A stretch of 64,000 nucleotides of DNA, from the NCBI GenBank assembly GCA_963733095.1, contig CAVTBV010000012.1, positions 384,001 through 448,000 of the forward strand, read 5' to 3'. Below, one piece after another: positions 40,538-50,092 of the stretch. Numbering within the stretch: position 1 is the stretch's first letter; every line of letters begins with the position of its first letter. Made by a program: the position numbers and the translations under genes. The notes under the pieces are model-generated. The model was not told where the DNA came from. It made no database searches and saw nothing but the letters and a program-made list of their open reading frames with translations. The DNA comes from Candidatus Bathyarchaeota archaeon. GTDB taxonomy: Archaea > Thermoproteota > Bathyarchaeia > Bathyarchaeales > Bathycorpusculaceae.

Positions 40538-41508
40538 ATTGAAAGCCGTAATTTTCTCCCATAAAGGAACCGCTGCTGGCGCTTTGTCATTATGCCTTTG
40601 ATGTCAAGGATGTTGGGAGCCCAAGCCCGTATGAAAAAGGAAAGCCTCTTTGAAGCATCCATCCTAAGTGTGATGGTCAACCCTCCTTGTACGTGTCGCC
40701 CAACGAAACATGCTATTAATGCTGGAATTTCAAATCTTAGAATGCGTTTCAAGATATCTTTGAGTTGGTAGTTGAGAAGGTAGAATCGGATGGCGCTTTT
40801 TCTGAAGATAAACGCTTTTTTAGAGCCCAATTTCGCTGTATCGATTCCGCAGTGGTGGATAAGGGTTGGTTCAGGGGTGTACACTATTTTGTATCCATAC
40901 AATCTTGCTCTTACACACCAGTCGCTGTCTTCACAATAAATGGGCGAAAAACCTTCGTCTAAGAGCCCAATTTCACGTATAACCTTTGATTTAATCAGCA
41001 AAACAGCGCCCGTGACGTAATCAACAAACTCGACCTTATCATACTGCCCCATATCTTTATCGCGTTCACCTCGGTGATAGGCACCACGCAGCTTAATGAC
41101 TCCACCGACATGCTGTATCCGCCCGTCTCCGTAAAGCAGTTTGCAGCCCACAACACCCACCTTGCGGTCAGACTCCAAAACAGCAGTAAGAGTCTCGAGC
41201 CATTTGCTGTCGGTAATTTCGATGTCGTTGTTTAGGAGCAAAACCTGTTTTGCACCGTTTGCAAGGGCAATTTGAATGCCTTGATTGTTTGCGATGGAGA
41301 AACCCATGTTAGCTTTGTTTCTTAATAATTGAACTTGGGGAAAGTTTTCTTGCAGCATCTCGATTGACCCGTCGGTGCTAGCGTTGTCTACGAGAACTAC
41401 TCGGCAGTTCTGGCTTTTGGTGTTGGCAAAGAGCGTTGTGAGGCACTTACGCAAAATTTCCTTGCCATTCCAATTAATGACGACGACATAGGTAAGTGGA
41501 TATGCCAA
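40534..41508 (-). CDS. GT2 glycosyltransferase
   Basis: VDNASTDGS, LLNND and EDSDWC. Confidence 0.92.
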   Translation of the reverse strand: MAYPLTYVVVINWNGKEILRKCLTTLFANTKSQNCRVVLVDNASTDGSIEMLQENFPQVQLLRNKANMGFSIANNQGIQIALANGAKQVLLLNNDIEITDSKWLETLTAVLESDRKVGVVGCKLLYGDGRIQHVGGVIKLRGAYHRGERDKDMGQYDKVEFVDYVTGAVLLIKSKVIREIGLLDEGFSPIYCEDSDWCVRARLYGYKIVYTPEPTLIHHCGIDTAKLGSKKAFIFRKSAIRFYLLNYQLKDILKRILRFEIPALIACFVGRHVQGGLTITLRMDASKRLSFFIRAWAPNILDIKGIMTKRQQRFLYGRKLRLSI

Positions 41509-41643
41509 CAGGACTCCTCAACATTGAGTATGGCTTTGTTGATTTAACCTCTTTGCTATAACTCAATAAAATGATTCTCAAGTGAGAAGTCTGGTGCAGC
41601 TATAGCAATCTTAAAAATCTTAAAATAAAAAGTATAAGGCGTT

Positions 41644-42666
41644 TTAGATTAGTTTTTCTTTCCACACTTGAGGTGCCTTCTTGGTTATCTCCAACGGCAG
41701 TCTATAGGTTGGCTCCTGTGGACCGACCTCTTTTGCCCACTTAGCCATTATCTTGATACCTTCACGCAACAAAGTTGAGGTTTTGTAGTTGAGTAACTTT
41801 TCAGATTTTTCAGCAGTGCAGAAGGCGTATTTTACCTCTCCAGGTCTTTCATCCTGATAAATGGGTTTTATTTTGCTATCCATGGCGTTTAGGACAACTT
41901 GGCATGCTTCGTTTACTGATGTAACCTCTTTGCTTCCTACATTAATAATCTGTCCGTTAGCTTTGTTATTCAACCCTGCATTTGCAATTGCGGGAGCTAC
42001 GTCACCGATGTAGGAAAAAGCTCTTTCTTGCTTGCCGTCTCCAAAAATGTAGGGTTCTTTTCCTTTCATTATTCTATTTATCCAAATCCCCAAAACATTC
42101 CTGAAAGGATCAGAGATATTTTGTCTGGGTCCATAAACATTATGGGGTCTTAAAATTGCATAGTCAAAATTATAAGTATGTGCGAAAATCTTAAGCATGC
42201 TTTCACAATAAGCCTTGCCGCATCCATAGGGGTCCTCCGGCAGAGGGATCATATCTTCATTGAAGGGTGGTTGTTGACTTCCGTAGACGGCCATTGAAGA
42301 GGTAAAAACGAATTTTTGGACATTGTTGTTTACTGCAGCAACCAACAAGTTATTCATGGGTGTTATGTTGATGTCGTTAATTTCGATCGGTGAAAATATT
42401 GATTGCCCCTCAGCTGCGTAAGCAGCTAAATGGAAAACTGTATCGAATTTTTCGTCGCCAAAAATTCTGTTGACTTTTTGGTGATCTCTAAGGTCAGCCT
42501 TGATAAATTTGCTTTTCGTATTAACGTTAGATTTGAAGCCACCGCTTAGATCATCAACAGATACAACGTTATGACCTCTATCAACCAGTTCGTCAACAAG
42601 CCATGAACCTATGAAACCTGCTCCACCAGTCACAAGCATCTTTTTGTGTTCGACCACGTTAATCAA
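41644..42666 (-). CDS. NAD-dependent nucleotide-sugar epimerase/dehydratase
   Basis: GGAGFIG, SSMAVYG, YGCGK and HNVYGP. Confidence 0.93.
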   Translation of the reverse strand: MINVVEHKKMLVTGGAGFIGSWLVDELVDRGHNVVSVDDLSGGFKSNVNTKSKFIKADLRDHQKVNRIFGDEKFDTVFHLAAYAAEGQSIFSPIEINDINITPMNNLLVAAVNNNVQKFVFTSSMAVYGSQQPPFNEDMIPLPEDPYGCGKAYCESMLKIFAHTYNFDYAILRPHNVYGPRQNISDPFRNVLGIWINRIMKGKEPYIFGDGKQERAFSYIGDVAPAIANAGLNNKANGQIINVGSKEVTSVNEACQVVLNAMDSKIKPIYQDERPGEVKYAFCTAEKSEKLLNYKTSTLLREGIKIMAKWAKEVGPQEPTYRLPLEITKKAPQVWKEKLI

Positions 42667-42826
42667 CCTTGAATTCGTTTATCTTGAAGGGTCTAATATT
42701 ATTAACTATATTGTCCGATGTACGGCGCTATTTTTGGTTTAAGCTTCGACACGATCAAATAAAATATTGACAGAATGCCGTACCAGTTTTCGAACTTCAT
42801 TTCTGGGAATGATTAAATGGTATTTT

Positions 42827-43708
42827 CTACCTCCTACGTAACCTTAGCTGTACCTTGTTTCTGCTTATCCAATTAAAAACAGGAATAAGCGGACCCTTGA
42901 GGAACTGTGGCAAGGCATCTTTGAAGTCCCGATGTAAACCTAAACGTATAGCAAGTTTACCCTTGGAGGTTATGGGTACATAGTAGCGGGCTATGGAGTA
43001 TTTTGTAAAACCGTTGCTTTCCTTGAACTTATCAAGTGAGGGGTGATTGCCTATTCGTCCATACATTAGCCACTTATTACCGTTGGCTGCACAAACTTCC
43101 ACCGCCTTGGCTAGAAGTGCATTGTTTAGAGATTTATCCCAGTGTTTCTGCAACGACAGAATCTGTGAGATTATGGCTATGTTGTCTCCGTAGATAATTT
43201 GGATGAATCCAACAAGTTCTTCCCCCAGATAGGCGCCGATAAAAGTGGATTTTTTAGCTAATTGCATGTTGTCGGTGACCGATTTGATTGATTCACCAAA
43301 ATGAGAGAAGGCTCTACCCTGGCGAATAGGGGTTTCATTGTAGATTTTCCATATACCCTCAACTAGCTGCGGGTTAAGTTCGACGGCCTTCACTTTTACG
43401 CCGCTCTTCTCGGCCCGGCGAACCATGTTACGTGTTTTTTTCCCCACCGCGTTAAACCAAGCGTCAAAAGTAGTTATTTCCATCAAACCCACATTGTCAT
43501 CGGTTCTTATCCAGCTTTTTGGCGGGTTAGCGAGGGGGCAACACCAAGTTCTTTCAAGGAAAGTGTAGATATCGACTCCTTCTTCACCTAAATTTTTAAC
43601 GAACCCCTCAGTAGCAATCACATCTTTCTCATATTCCTGATTGTTTTTTGCTATTCGGAAAAAAAGCTTTTTCCTTATTCGAAGTGCATCAAGCGTCTTA
43701 GTCCACAT
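42827..43708 (-). CDS. GNAT/FemAB-like protein
   Basis: KKTRNMVRRAEKSGV, NNALL and SLDKFKESNGF. Confidence 0.75.
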   Translation of the reverse strand: MWTKTLDALRIRKKLFFRIAKNNQEYEKDVIATEGFVKNLGEEGVDIYTFLERTWCCPLANPPKSWIRTDDNVGLMEITTFDAWFNAVGKKTRNMVRRAEKSGVKVKAVELNPQLVEGIWKIYNETPIRQGRAFSHFGESIKSVTDNMQLAKKSTFIGAYLGEELVGFIQIIYGDNIAIISQILSLQKHWDKSLNNALLAKAVEVCAANGNKWLMYGRIGNHPSLDKFKESNGFTKYSIARYYVPITSKGKLAIRLGLHRDFKDALPQFLKGPLIPVFNWISRNKVQLRLRRR

Positions 43709-44327
43709 CCAAAATTAATTTTAATGCCTCATAGAAAGGTCCCCGGCGGTTCTTTTCACCCTTCTTAAAAAGCCATTCAGGATGAATCGATATGACGGTA
43801 CCTTGATGAATCCAGATTTCTGCTTCTTTTTTCACCGAGTCCAATCCCGCTTCATAGACCCGCCTATCTAAACCTGTTGTCGTAAACTCATGGAAGGATT
43901 TAACTGGAAAATCGATAGGAACACTCGCCTGTTTTTGGCCTATTTTACGTCTCCATAGCAGCTGCGCAAGTAGGTTTGAAGTGCCATGGAAAGTGTAGTA
44001 TTGTATTGCCCGTCCTGTTTCTTTCTCGAGCGTTTTCCATTCCTTGAGTGCATTGTTAGCGATATGCAAACCAACTTCATGGCGCTCGGGACCAAGTAGT
44101 TCAAGAAGTTTTTTGTCTGGGATTGTGTATGGAGTGAAGAACCAGTATGCCATGATTTTTCTAGGTGACGCATTAATCATTTGAGCGATAATACGAGCGT
44201 TTCTAAGGTAACTTTTACCTTTGTTTGTTTTGATGCCTAACACTACATAGAGAAAACTTTTAGCTCTTGACGAGGGATAAGGATAATCCACGTCAATTCT
44301 AAGTTTAATTGTTGGTTGCTCGCTCAC
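43698..44327 (-). CDS. Polysaccharide deacetylase-like protein
   Basis: LRIDVD, HEVGLH, FHG and SIHP. Confidence 0.7.
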   Translation of the reverse strand: MSEQPTIKLRIDVDYPYPSSRAKSFLYVVLGIKTNKGKSYLRNARIIAQMINASPRKIMAYWFFTPYTIPDKKLLELLGPERHEVGLHIANNALKEWKTLEKETGRAIQYYTFHGTSNLLAQLLWRRKIGQKQASVPIDFPVKSFHEFTTTGLDRRVYEAGLDSVKKEAEIWIHQGTVISIHPEWLFKKGEKNRRGPFYEALKLILDVD

Positions 44328-44436
44328 TATAGAGGTCTCCGCTTCACAATTGGCGCTGTTTTGCGTTTGGCATTCTTATTTCTTGCTTCTTTTATGAAAA
44401 CTTATCTGTTTAACCATAGGGCGCAAAATCGGGACC

Positions 44437-45369
44437 TCAAAGTTTTCGAATCCTTTCGTACAGTTCGTCTCGAACGTAGTATTGCTTGGTTTTTGGGTTA
44501 GCGATGAATTCTTGAATAATTGAAGGATGCTGTTTTCTATCCACAAAGCCGTATGGTTCAGGGTAGCGGTATCTAAGCTTGTATTGTATGTCCATCAAAA
44601 ATTCGGAGGCTAACTTCCAAAACTCGGGGTCGTCTTCACGAGACTCTAATGTATCGAATAATTCTTGGAATTTTGACATCGTGAAGTATTCCGCGTGCCG
44701 CTTGGCTTTTTTTAGGAAACTCTCTGGGAAGAGCGCCCAGTACCGATAGACAGGTTTAGGCAGGTAGATTGCTCTGGAAAGGTGGTCGTGACAGTTATTA
44801 GCATAAACTAGTTCTATGCCTTTGTCTAAATAGTTGGATAGTCGTTTAGGGTTCAAGAGTGCTTTAAGTTTTTTCTTTCTCAGATATTTCTTGTCTAGAC
44901 CCAGTCTCCAAGCATCCTCTATTGCTATTACTTCGGTAAGATTTTTTGAGAAGCGGAACCGGAATTCATCGTTAAGTTTGCGGTTATTCAGCAACTGCAC
45001 GAAGGGAAAACTGAACGTATTAACGGTTGGATAAATGATTGGTAGTGCCTTGATATAGGCGACGGCTATTTCAGGAATTATTTCGTTGGCTTGAACCGAA
45101 AATACATACTCGTATTGGCACCTGTTGCGTACCTCGTTGGTGACGTCGGCTAGTACAGTCATGTTTTTTTTCTCAGGCCATCGATAACGATAAATCTTAA
45201 CTTTGGGGTTCACCGTAACGATTTTTTCTAGAATTTCGTAAGTTCCATCTGTCGAGTAACCATCTGAAACTAAAAATTCATCGCATGCAGGTAAGGCAGA
45301 AGCGATTGCTTCAACGAAGGGATAACCTTGCTCTAGAACGTTCTTAACTATCATGAACCCTGAAATCAT
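44437..45369 (-). CDS. GT2-like glycosyltransferase
   Basis: ISGFMIVKN...YPFVEAI, DGYSTDGT and QANE. Confidence 0.8.
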   Translation of the reverse strand: MISGFMIVKNVLEQGYPFVEAIASALPACDEFLVSDGYSTDGTYEILEKIVTVNPKVKIYRYRWPEKKNMTVLADVTNEVRNRCQYEYVFSVQANEIIPEIAVAYIKALPIIYPTVNTFSFPFVQLLNNRKLNDEFRFRFSKNLTEVIAIEDAWRLGLDKKYLRKKKLKALLNPKRLSNYLDKGIELVYANNCHDHLSRAIYLPKPVYRYWALFPESFLKKAKRHAEYFTMSKFQELFDTLESREDDPEFWKLASEFLMDIQYKLRYRYPEPYGFVDRKQHPSIIQEFIANPKTKQYYVRDELYERIRKL

Positions 45370-45444
45370 ACAAACAAATTGGCTAAAGTTGTTTAATAAT
45401 ACTTGCGGCGATTTAATGCTCTAAAACTAATTAATTCTAATAAT

Positions 45445-46290
45445 CTAATGTATCTTCTTTAACTTCCTCTTACATGAGGCGTACAGTGTCTCAAAAGTAG
45501 TTGGGCGTCGGTATCTCTCTGGCTGCCATTGAATGGTGCTTGCATTAACTAGTTTGAACTGATTTTCATCAAAAAGAATATACCACCCCCACTTTATGCG
45601 TGGTGAATTTTTGAGCAATTCTAGGTTTGAAGCAGAAATGTCATCTTTTTGGTCGCGGTCTCGACGAGGTTTGAGTGGTATACAAACTGAACAAAGTTGG
45701 CAAAAAGTCGAAATTTGTTTTTGGAAAGCAGAGATGGGTTTATTCCACCATCTAGATTCTCTATAGGTAAGCCGAGATTGTATCCCAGAACCATATCGAA
45801 GGCACCCATAACTTCGCAGCGATAACATCCCTTTGGCGTAATGCTTGGACTCCATTGATCAGCGAGCCAGCATGAGCTTATCAACCTATCGCGGGTTGCC
45901 TCATCCTTTACAAGGTCTTTACTTGTACATAGGATTGGCTGGTGAACAACTGTTTCTGAATGAGGATTATAATAGACAACGCCGTAATTTTCCCTTATGA
46001 GCTCTTCTTTTCCAAAGAAATTCGATTTCCATATTCCTCTTTGTTCTTTCTTTTGAATTTTTGATACAAAGTACTCTGTGAATTCTTTGATTTGAGGATG
46101 CAGAGATGTATTTCCGCCTATTAACCCTATAACTTATGGTCAGTCCTCAAGTGAATCCACTGCTTTCTTAAAAAAATCAAGTTCCATATCCCATGTCGGA
46201 ACATACGAAATAAGATGCGTGCAGTTCAAACATCTATTTTCACAACGATTAGATGTCTATTTGGATACACCAGGTATCTCTAGCATCTTT
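45445..46290 (-). pseudogene. Decayed radical SAM gene
   Basis: Fragments WCIQIDI / NRCENRCLNCTH / FFKKAVDSL / IGLIGGN..LHP / HQPIL / CWL...WSPSITPKG.Y.CEV / CQLC are spread over several frames with stops. Confidence 0.75.
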
Positions 46291-46528
46291 CAAGAGATGA
46301 TCTTCGATTTGTTTTACCTTTTGTTAATTGGGAGGGTTTAGTGGTGAAACAATTGTTGTTCGACCGTATATATTTAACCTTTAATGTCGATTTTTTCAGG
46401 AAGATTAAAGACGTAACAATTCAAGTTAAAGTTCTAAAAAATACAAAACTTGCTAATTCATCGTAAGCTCAAATCATGAATAATTCGTTATCAGGAATCG
46501 ATCGCCGATGGCTAGGCATTTATGTAAC

Positions 46529-47659
46529 TCAGGTAATAGTTTGAAGTTCAGACCAAACCTGTTCTCGGAAGGTTTGAGGCGTTAGCATCGAAATCTTCCG
46601 CCATAGTTGTTCACGTTTGGGCCCCCAGTCGGTGTCTTCATCGACGGGTTGCAGGTACCTCTTGATTTTTTCTTTCAAGTCATCATAGTTGTTCCATCGG
46701 AACTCTTCAGGGATAAACTCTTTCATGCCACCACTGTTATGGACAATAGTGACGCATCCGCTTGCTAAGCCTTCAACGGGAGCTATGCCAAAGTGTTCTC
46801 CTTCCATCAGGTGAACGTAGATTCGGGAATCATGCAGAACATTAAGCAGTTCGGGCCCGGGCAAGTTGGTTTTAAGTTTATAGTTCGGTGGAAGATCCGC
46901 TGAGAAATTATTGAACCATGCTTGTTCTGCATCGATTAATCCACCTACGCTTACAAACTCGTAGGCTGGCAAATCCATTGCCAACTTTTTCATTATTTCA
47001 TGTCTTTTAACTGGAATAAAACGAGCCACATAGATTACCCGTTTACTGCGTTTTTCCAATGGCTTATCAGACCAAAATTTGTCAAGGTTAACTGGAGGAT
47101 AGACTACGATGGGATTTTTTACGCCATGTGTTTTCCAGTAGTGTTCTATGGCTTCTTTGGTGTAGTTGCTATTGCAGAACACCAAATCCAACTTATCTAT
47201 ACCCTGCTCTACCCAATGCTTAAACAGCCACAGATACAGTTTCCTTTTAAGCCCTGACTTAGCATAGTCGAAGTGTATTTCTGGAAAGTGAACATAAGCG
47301 ATGTTTTTTTTGGCTTTATCGAGAAAGACAGGTTCAAACGGAGAGGAAGATTGCGTCGAAAACAAGTAATCATAGTTTAACTGGGCGCGGTATTTTTTTA
47401 GCAGCTTGACGAAGTTGCGGTGTCTTTTGTAAATTGTAAAAGGAGGCTTAACTTCAATGCGTTTACCCATCGAGTGAACGACAACTTCCTTTGGAAATTC
47501 TTCTCCAACAATGTCTCGGTACCTACCAGCGTCAAAATCAAACGTTAGCAATTCGACTTTTTGCCCATGACCAACTAGAGTTTTAATTACGCCATGGCAG
47601 ACACGTTCGCCGCCGCCGTAAATGTCGAGGTATGGGTGAACTACAAGGAAGGTTGCCAA
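46529..47659 (-). CDS. GT4 glycosyltransferase (ALG11-like)
   Basis: HPYLDIYGGGERV, YVHFP, NSNYT and EHFGIAPVEG. Confidence 0.9.
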   Translation of the reverse strand: MATFLVVHPYLDIYGGGERVCHGVIKTLVGHGQKVELLTFDFDAGRYRDIVGEEFPKEVVVHSMGKRIEVKPPFTIYKRHRNFVKLLKKYRAQLNYDYLFSTQSSSPFEPVFLDKAKKNIAYVHFPEIHFDYAKSGLKRKLYLWLFKHWVEQGIDKLDLVFCNSNYTKEAIEHYWKTHGVKNPIVVYPPVNLDKFWSDKPLEKRSKRVIYVARFIPVKRHEIMKKLAMDLPAYEFVSVGGLIDAEQAWFNNFSADLPPNYKLKTNLPGPELLNVLHDSRIYVHLMEGEHFGIAPVEGLASGCVTIVHNSGGMKEFIPEEFRWNNYDDLKEKIKRYLQPVDEDTDWGPKREQLWRKISMLTPQTFREQVWSELQTIT

Positions 47660-47768
47660 CTCAATTATGCCTCAGGTCAGTGTGAGTTACATTTCCCTCT
47701 TGGAGTTTAAGAAGTTTGCCTGAGCACCTAAAGAAGCAAAATATATACGCCTGCATAGAAAGTGAGTA

Positions 47769-49187
47769 GTGGATGACAGTTTTGGTGACAAAAAGAAAAT
47801 GGCACCCCAAGAAAAGAAGTTAAAAGTCGTTTTTGCTGACCCCCCGTTTGGTCGGGAATCGAAAGGGGAAGCCGTAACAGAGTCGCCGAACCTTGGAATC
47901 CTCTACATCATCGGCTACGCCAAGCCACGACTGCCCAACGTAGAATTCACTTATCTTGAACCATTCCTTTCCATGGAGGAACATCTCGAAAAAGTCAAGG
48001 AAATCAAGCCTGACGTTTACGCCATATCCTTCACTACCCCGAGAAGAGAGCTGTCCTTTGAAACGATATCAAAAGTCAAAGCGTTAGGGCTCGACATGCT
48101 TATGGTTGCAGGCGGCGCCCACCCAACCATTGACCCGCAAGATGTCCTCAAAAACACCCCAATCGAAGTATGCATCCTAGGAGAGGGCGAAGAAACCACT
48201 ACTGAATTACTCAGAAAAAACCAAGCCAAAGAACCCATAACAGACATCGTAGGAACAGTCAACAAGCAGAAAAACAACGGCGTAAGACCACTTCTAAAGA
48301 ACATCGATTTCTTCCCTGAATGGGACCTAATAGACTTCGAAAACTATGACATAGCAGTGAGCAAAAAGAAACGCATGGCATATCTTCTTCCAATACGCGG
48401 TTGCCCCAACAACTGCACATACTGCTCAAACCCAGTGTGGAAACTTGAAAAGCCCTGGGTAAGACAGCGCTCACCCAAAAACATCGCTGAAGAAATCAAC
48501 TATCTCTACGGCAGAGGCATCCGAGAAATCTACCTGCGCTCCGACACTTTCAACGTTGATATTAAATGGTGCTTGGAAGTCTGCAACGAAATCCAAAAAC
48601 TCAACCTCAAGGGAATGTCTTTCCAGTGTAACCTGCGGGCGGACAAGTTAAACGATGAATTAGCCCAGAAGCTAAGTGACATCCATGTTTGGCTGGTTCA
48701 CATTGGCCTTGAATCCGCCAACGACCGCGTGCTTAAAGGAATCGGCAAAAATGCGACACAAGCCGACAACTTACGAACTCTTGAGCTGCTGAGGAAGTAC
48801 CACATTAAGGTCTACGGTTTCTTGATGCTCTATAACGCTTGGGAAATAAACGACAAACTCGAATATGAAACACCCGAAGAGGTCAAAAACACATTAGAAT
48901 TTGCCAGAAAATGCCTAAGCGAGAACCTAATTGAGTACATTTCATGGTCCATAACCAACCCCATCATCGGCTCTAAACTTTACGAAATCGCCAAAAAGTT
49001 TGGCATAGCCAGTTATAACGTTAAAATCGGCAACTGCATGCGCCTCCCAGACATAAGCGAACAGCAAATGGTTGAACACGTCAAGCAGGGCATGATTCTG
49101 CAACTGCTAAACGGAATCCAGAAGGGCATGATTACAAAGAAGAATAAGCGGGCGTCGCAGAAAGCGGCTAAAATCTTAAAAATGTAA
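47769..49187 (+). CDS. B12-binding radical SAM protein
   Basis: PNLGILYI, GGAHPT, RGCPNNCTYC and GLESAN. Confidence 0.92.
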   Translation: MDDSFGDKKKMAPQEKKLKVVFADPPFGRESKGEAVTESPNLGILYIIGYAKPRLPNVEFTYLEPFLSMEEHLEKVKEIKPDVYAISFTTPRRELSFETISKVKALGLDMLMVAGGAHPTIDPQDVLKNTPIEVCILGEGEETTTELLRKNQAKEPITDIVGTVNKQKNNGVRPLLKNIDFFPEWDLIDFENYDIAVSKKKRMAYLLPIRGCPNNCTYCSNPVWKLEKPWVRQRSPKNIAEEINYLYGRGIREIYLRSDTFNVDIKWCLEVCNEIQKLNLKGMSFQCNLRADKLNDELAQKLSDIHVWLVHIGLESANDRVLKGIGKNATQADNLRTLELLRKYHIKVYGFLMLYNAWEINDKLEYETPEEVKNTLEFARKCLSENLIEYISWSITNPIIGSKLYEIAKKFGIASYNVKIGNCMRLPDISEQQMVEHVKQGMILQLLNGIQKGMITKKNKRASQKAAKILKM

Positions 49188-49238
49188 TTTTTTTATCCAA
49201 ATTGCGTTTTGGAAGATGCGATAAACTATTTAACTTAA

Positions 49239-49985
49239 GTGAGAACATTATGCCCTATGCCTTCCTGCTCCGACAATGACATGAAAGTCGATTTTGTGGT
49301 GCCCTCAAGAGATGAGTCGAACCCAACGCTTATGCAGCAACTCAAGCATATGCCGTGCGCAGGGCAAATCATAAATACACATGAAAAACCGCTCAGTACC
49401 GCTCGCAAAAATGGGGTTCTGCAGGCTAACACCGAGTGGGTGGCGATGGTGGATGACGACATGCTTTTGCCTGATAACTGGCTTCAACTGGTAACCCGAG
49501 CCATTACTCCCAAGGTCGGCGCTATTGGCACGGTTGCAGTTCACAAGAACAAGCATGTTTCAGCATACGAACGTGTTGTGGGAACAGTTTATAACCTGAG
49601 CGAATTAGATACCAATCCACATATCAACAACATCATAATACGCCGTAAACTTATGGAAGACTACAATCCGCCCAAGTTATTTTTTGGGGAGGACCAGTAC
49701 TTTAAACGCTATGTGCAGAAAACAGGTTACACTTGGAAAGTTCTGCCGTTTCTGGGCGCGACTCATTTGGGTACATCAAAAAACTATGTCACAATCGGCA
49801 TATCCTATAGGCGATATGGGCACTTTAAGTTATATCAACTAACCAGACGGGTTGTAGCAAGGTTCATTTTTACGCCATACGCAGCGCTCATAAACTTGAG
49901 CTTCAAAACCCTCCAATACCTAACAAAGATAAACGTGGAATTTATCGCTGGCTGGGCAAAAGAGTTAGTTATAGAAAGGAAGTAG
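49239..49985 (+). CDS. GT2 glycosyltransferase
   Basis: VVPSRDE, ARKNG, VDDD and GED. Start may be the ATG at 49281. Confidence 0.85.
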   Translation: MRTLCPMPSCSDNDMKVDFVVPSRDESNPTLMQQLKHMPCAGQIINTHEKPLSTARKNGVLQANTEWVAMVDDDMLLPDNWLQLVTRAITPKVGAIGTVAVHKNKHVSAYERVVGTVYNLSELDTNPHINNIIIRRKLMEDYNPPKLFFGEDQYFKRYVQKTGYTWKVLPFLGATHLGTSKNYVTIGISYRRYGHFKLYQLTRRVVARFIFTPYAALINLSFKTLQYLTKINVEFIAGWAKELVIERK

Positions 49986-49991
49986 ACAATT

Positions 49992-50056
49992 CTACCAACC
50001 GTTTTATATTCTAAAAGTAATTCATTGCAGAAACTATAGAGGGGGTAGGTTGGTAG
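49992..50056. repeat. 9-bp inverted repeat bracketing copy 2 of the dispersed repeat
   Basis: ctaccaacc (49992-50000) and ggttggtag (50048-50056) enclose 50019..50043, which resembles 14374..14399. Confidence 0.45.
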
Positions 50057-50092
50057 GTTGGCATTGAATGAAAACAGCAAGCATCATGGTTT

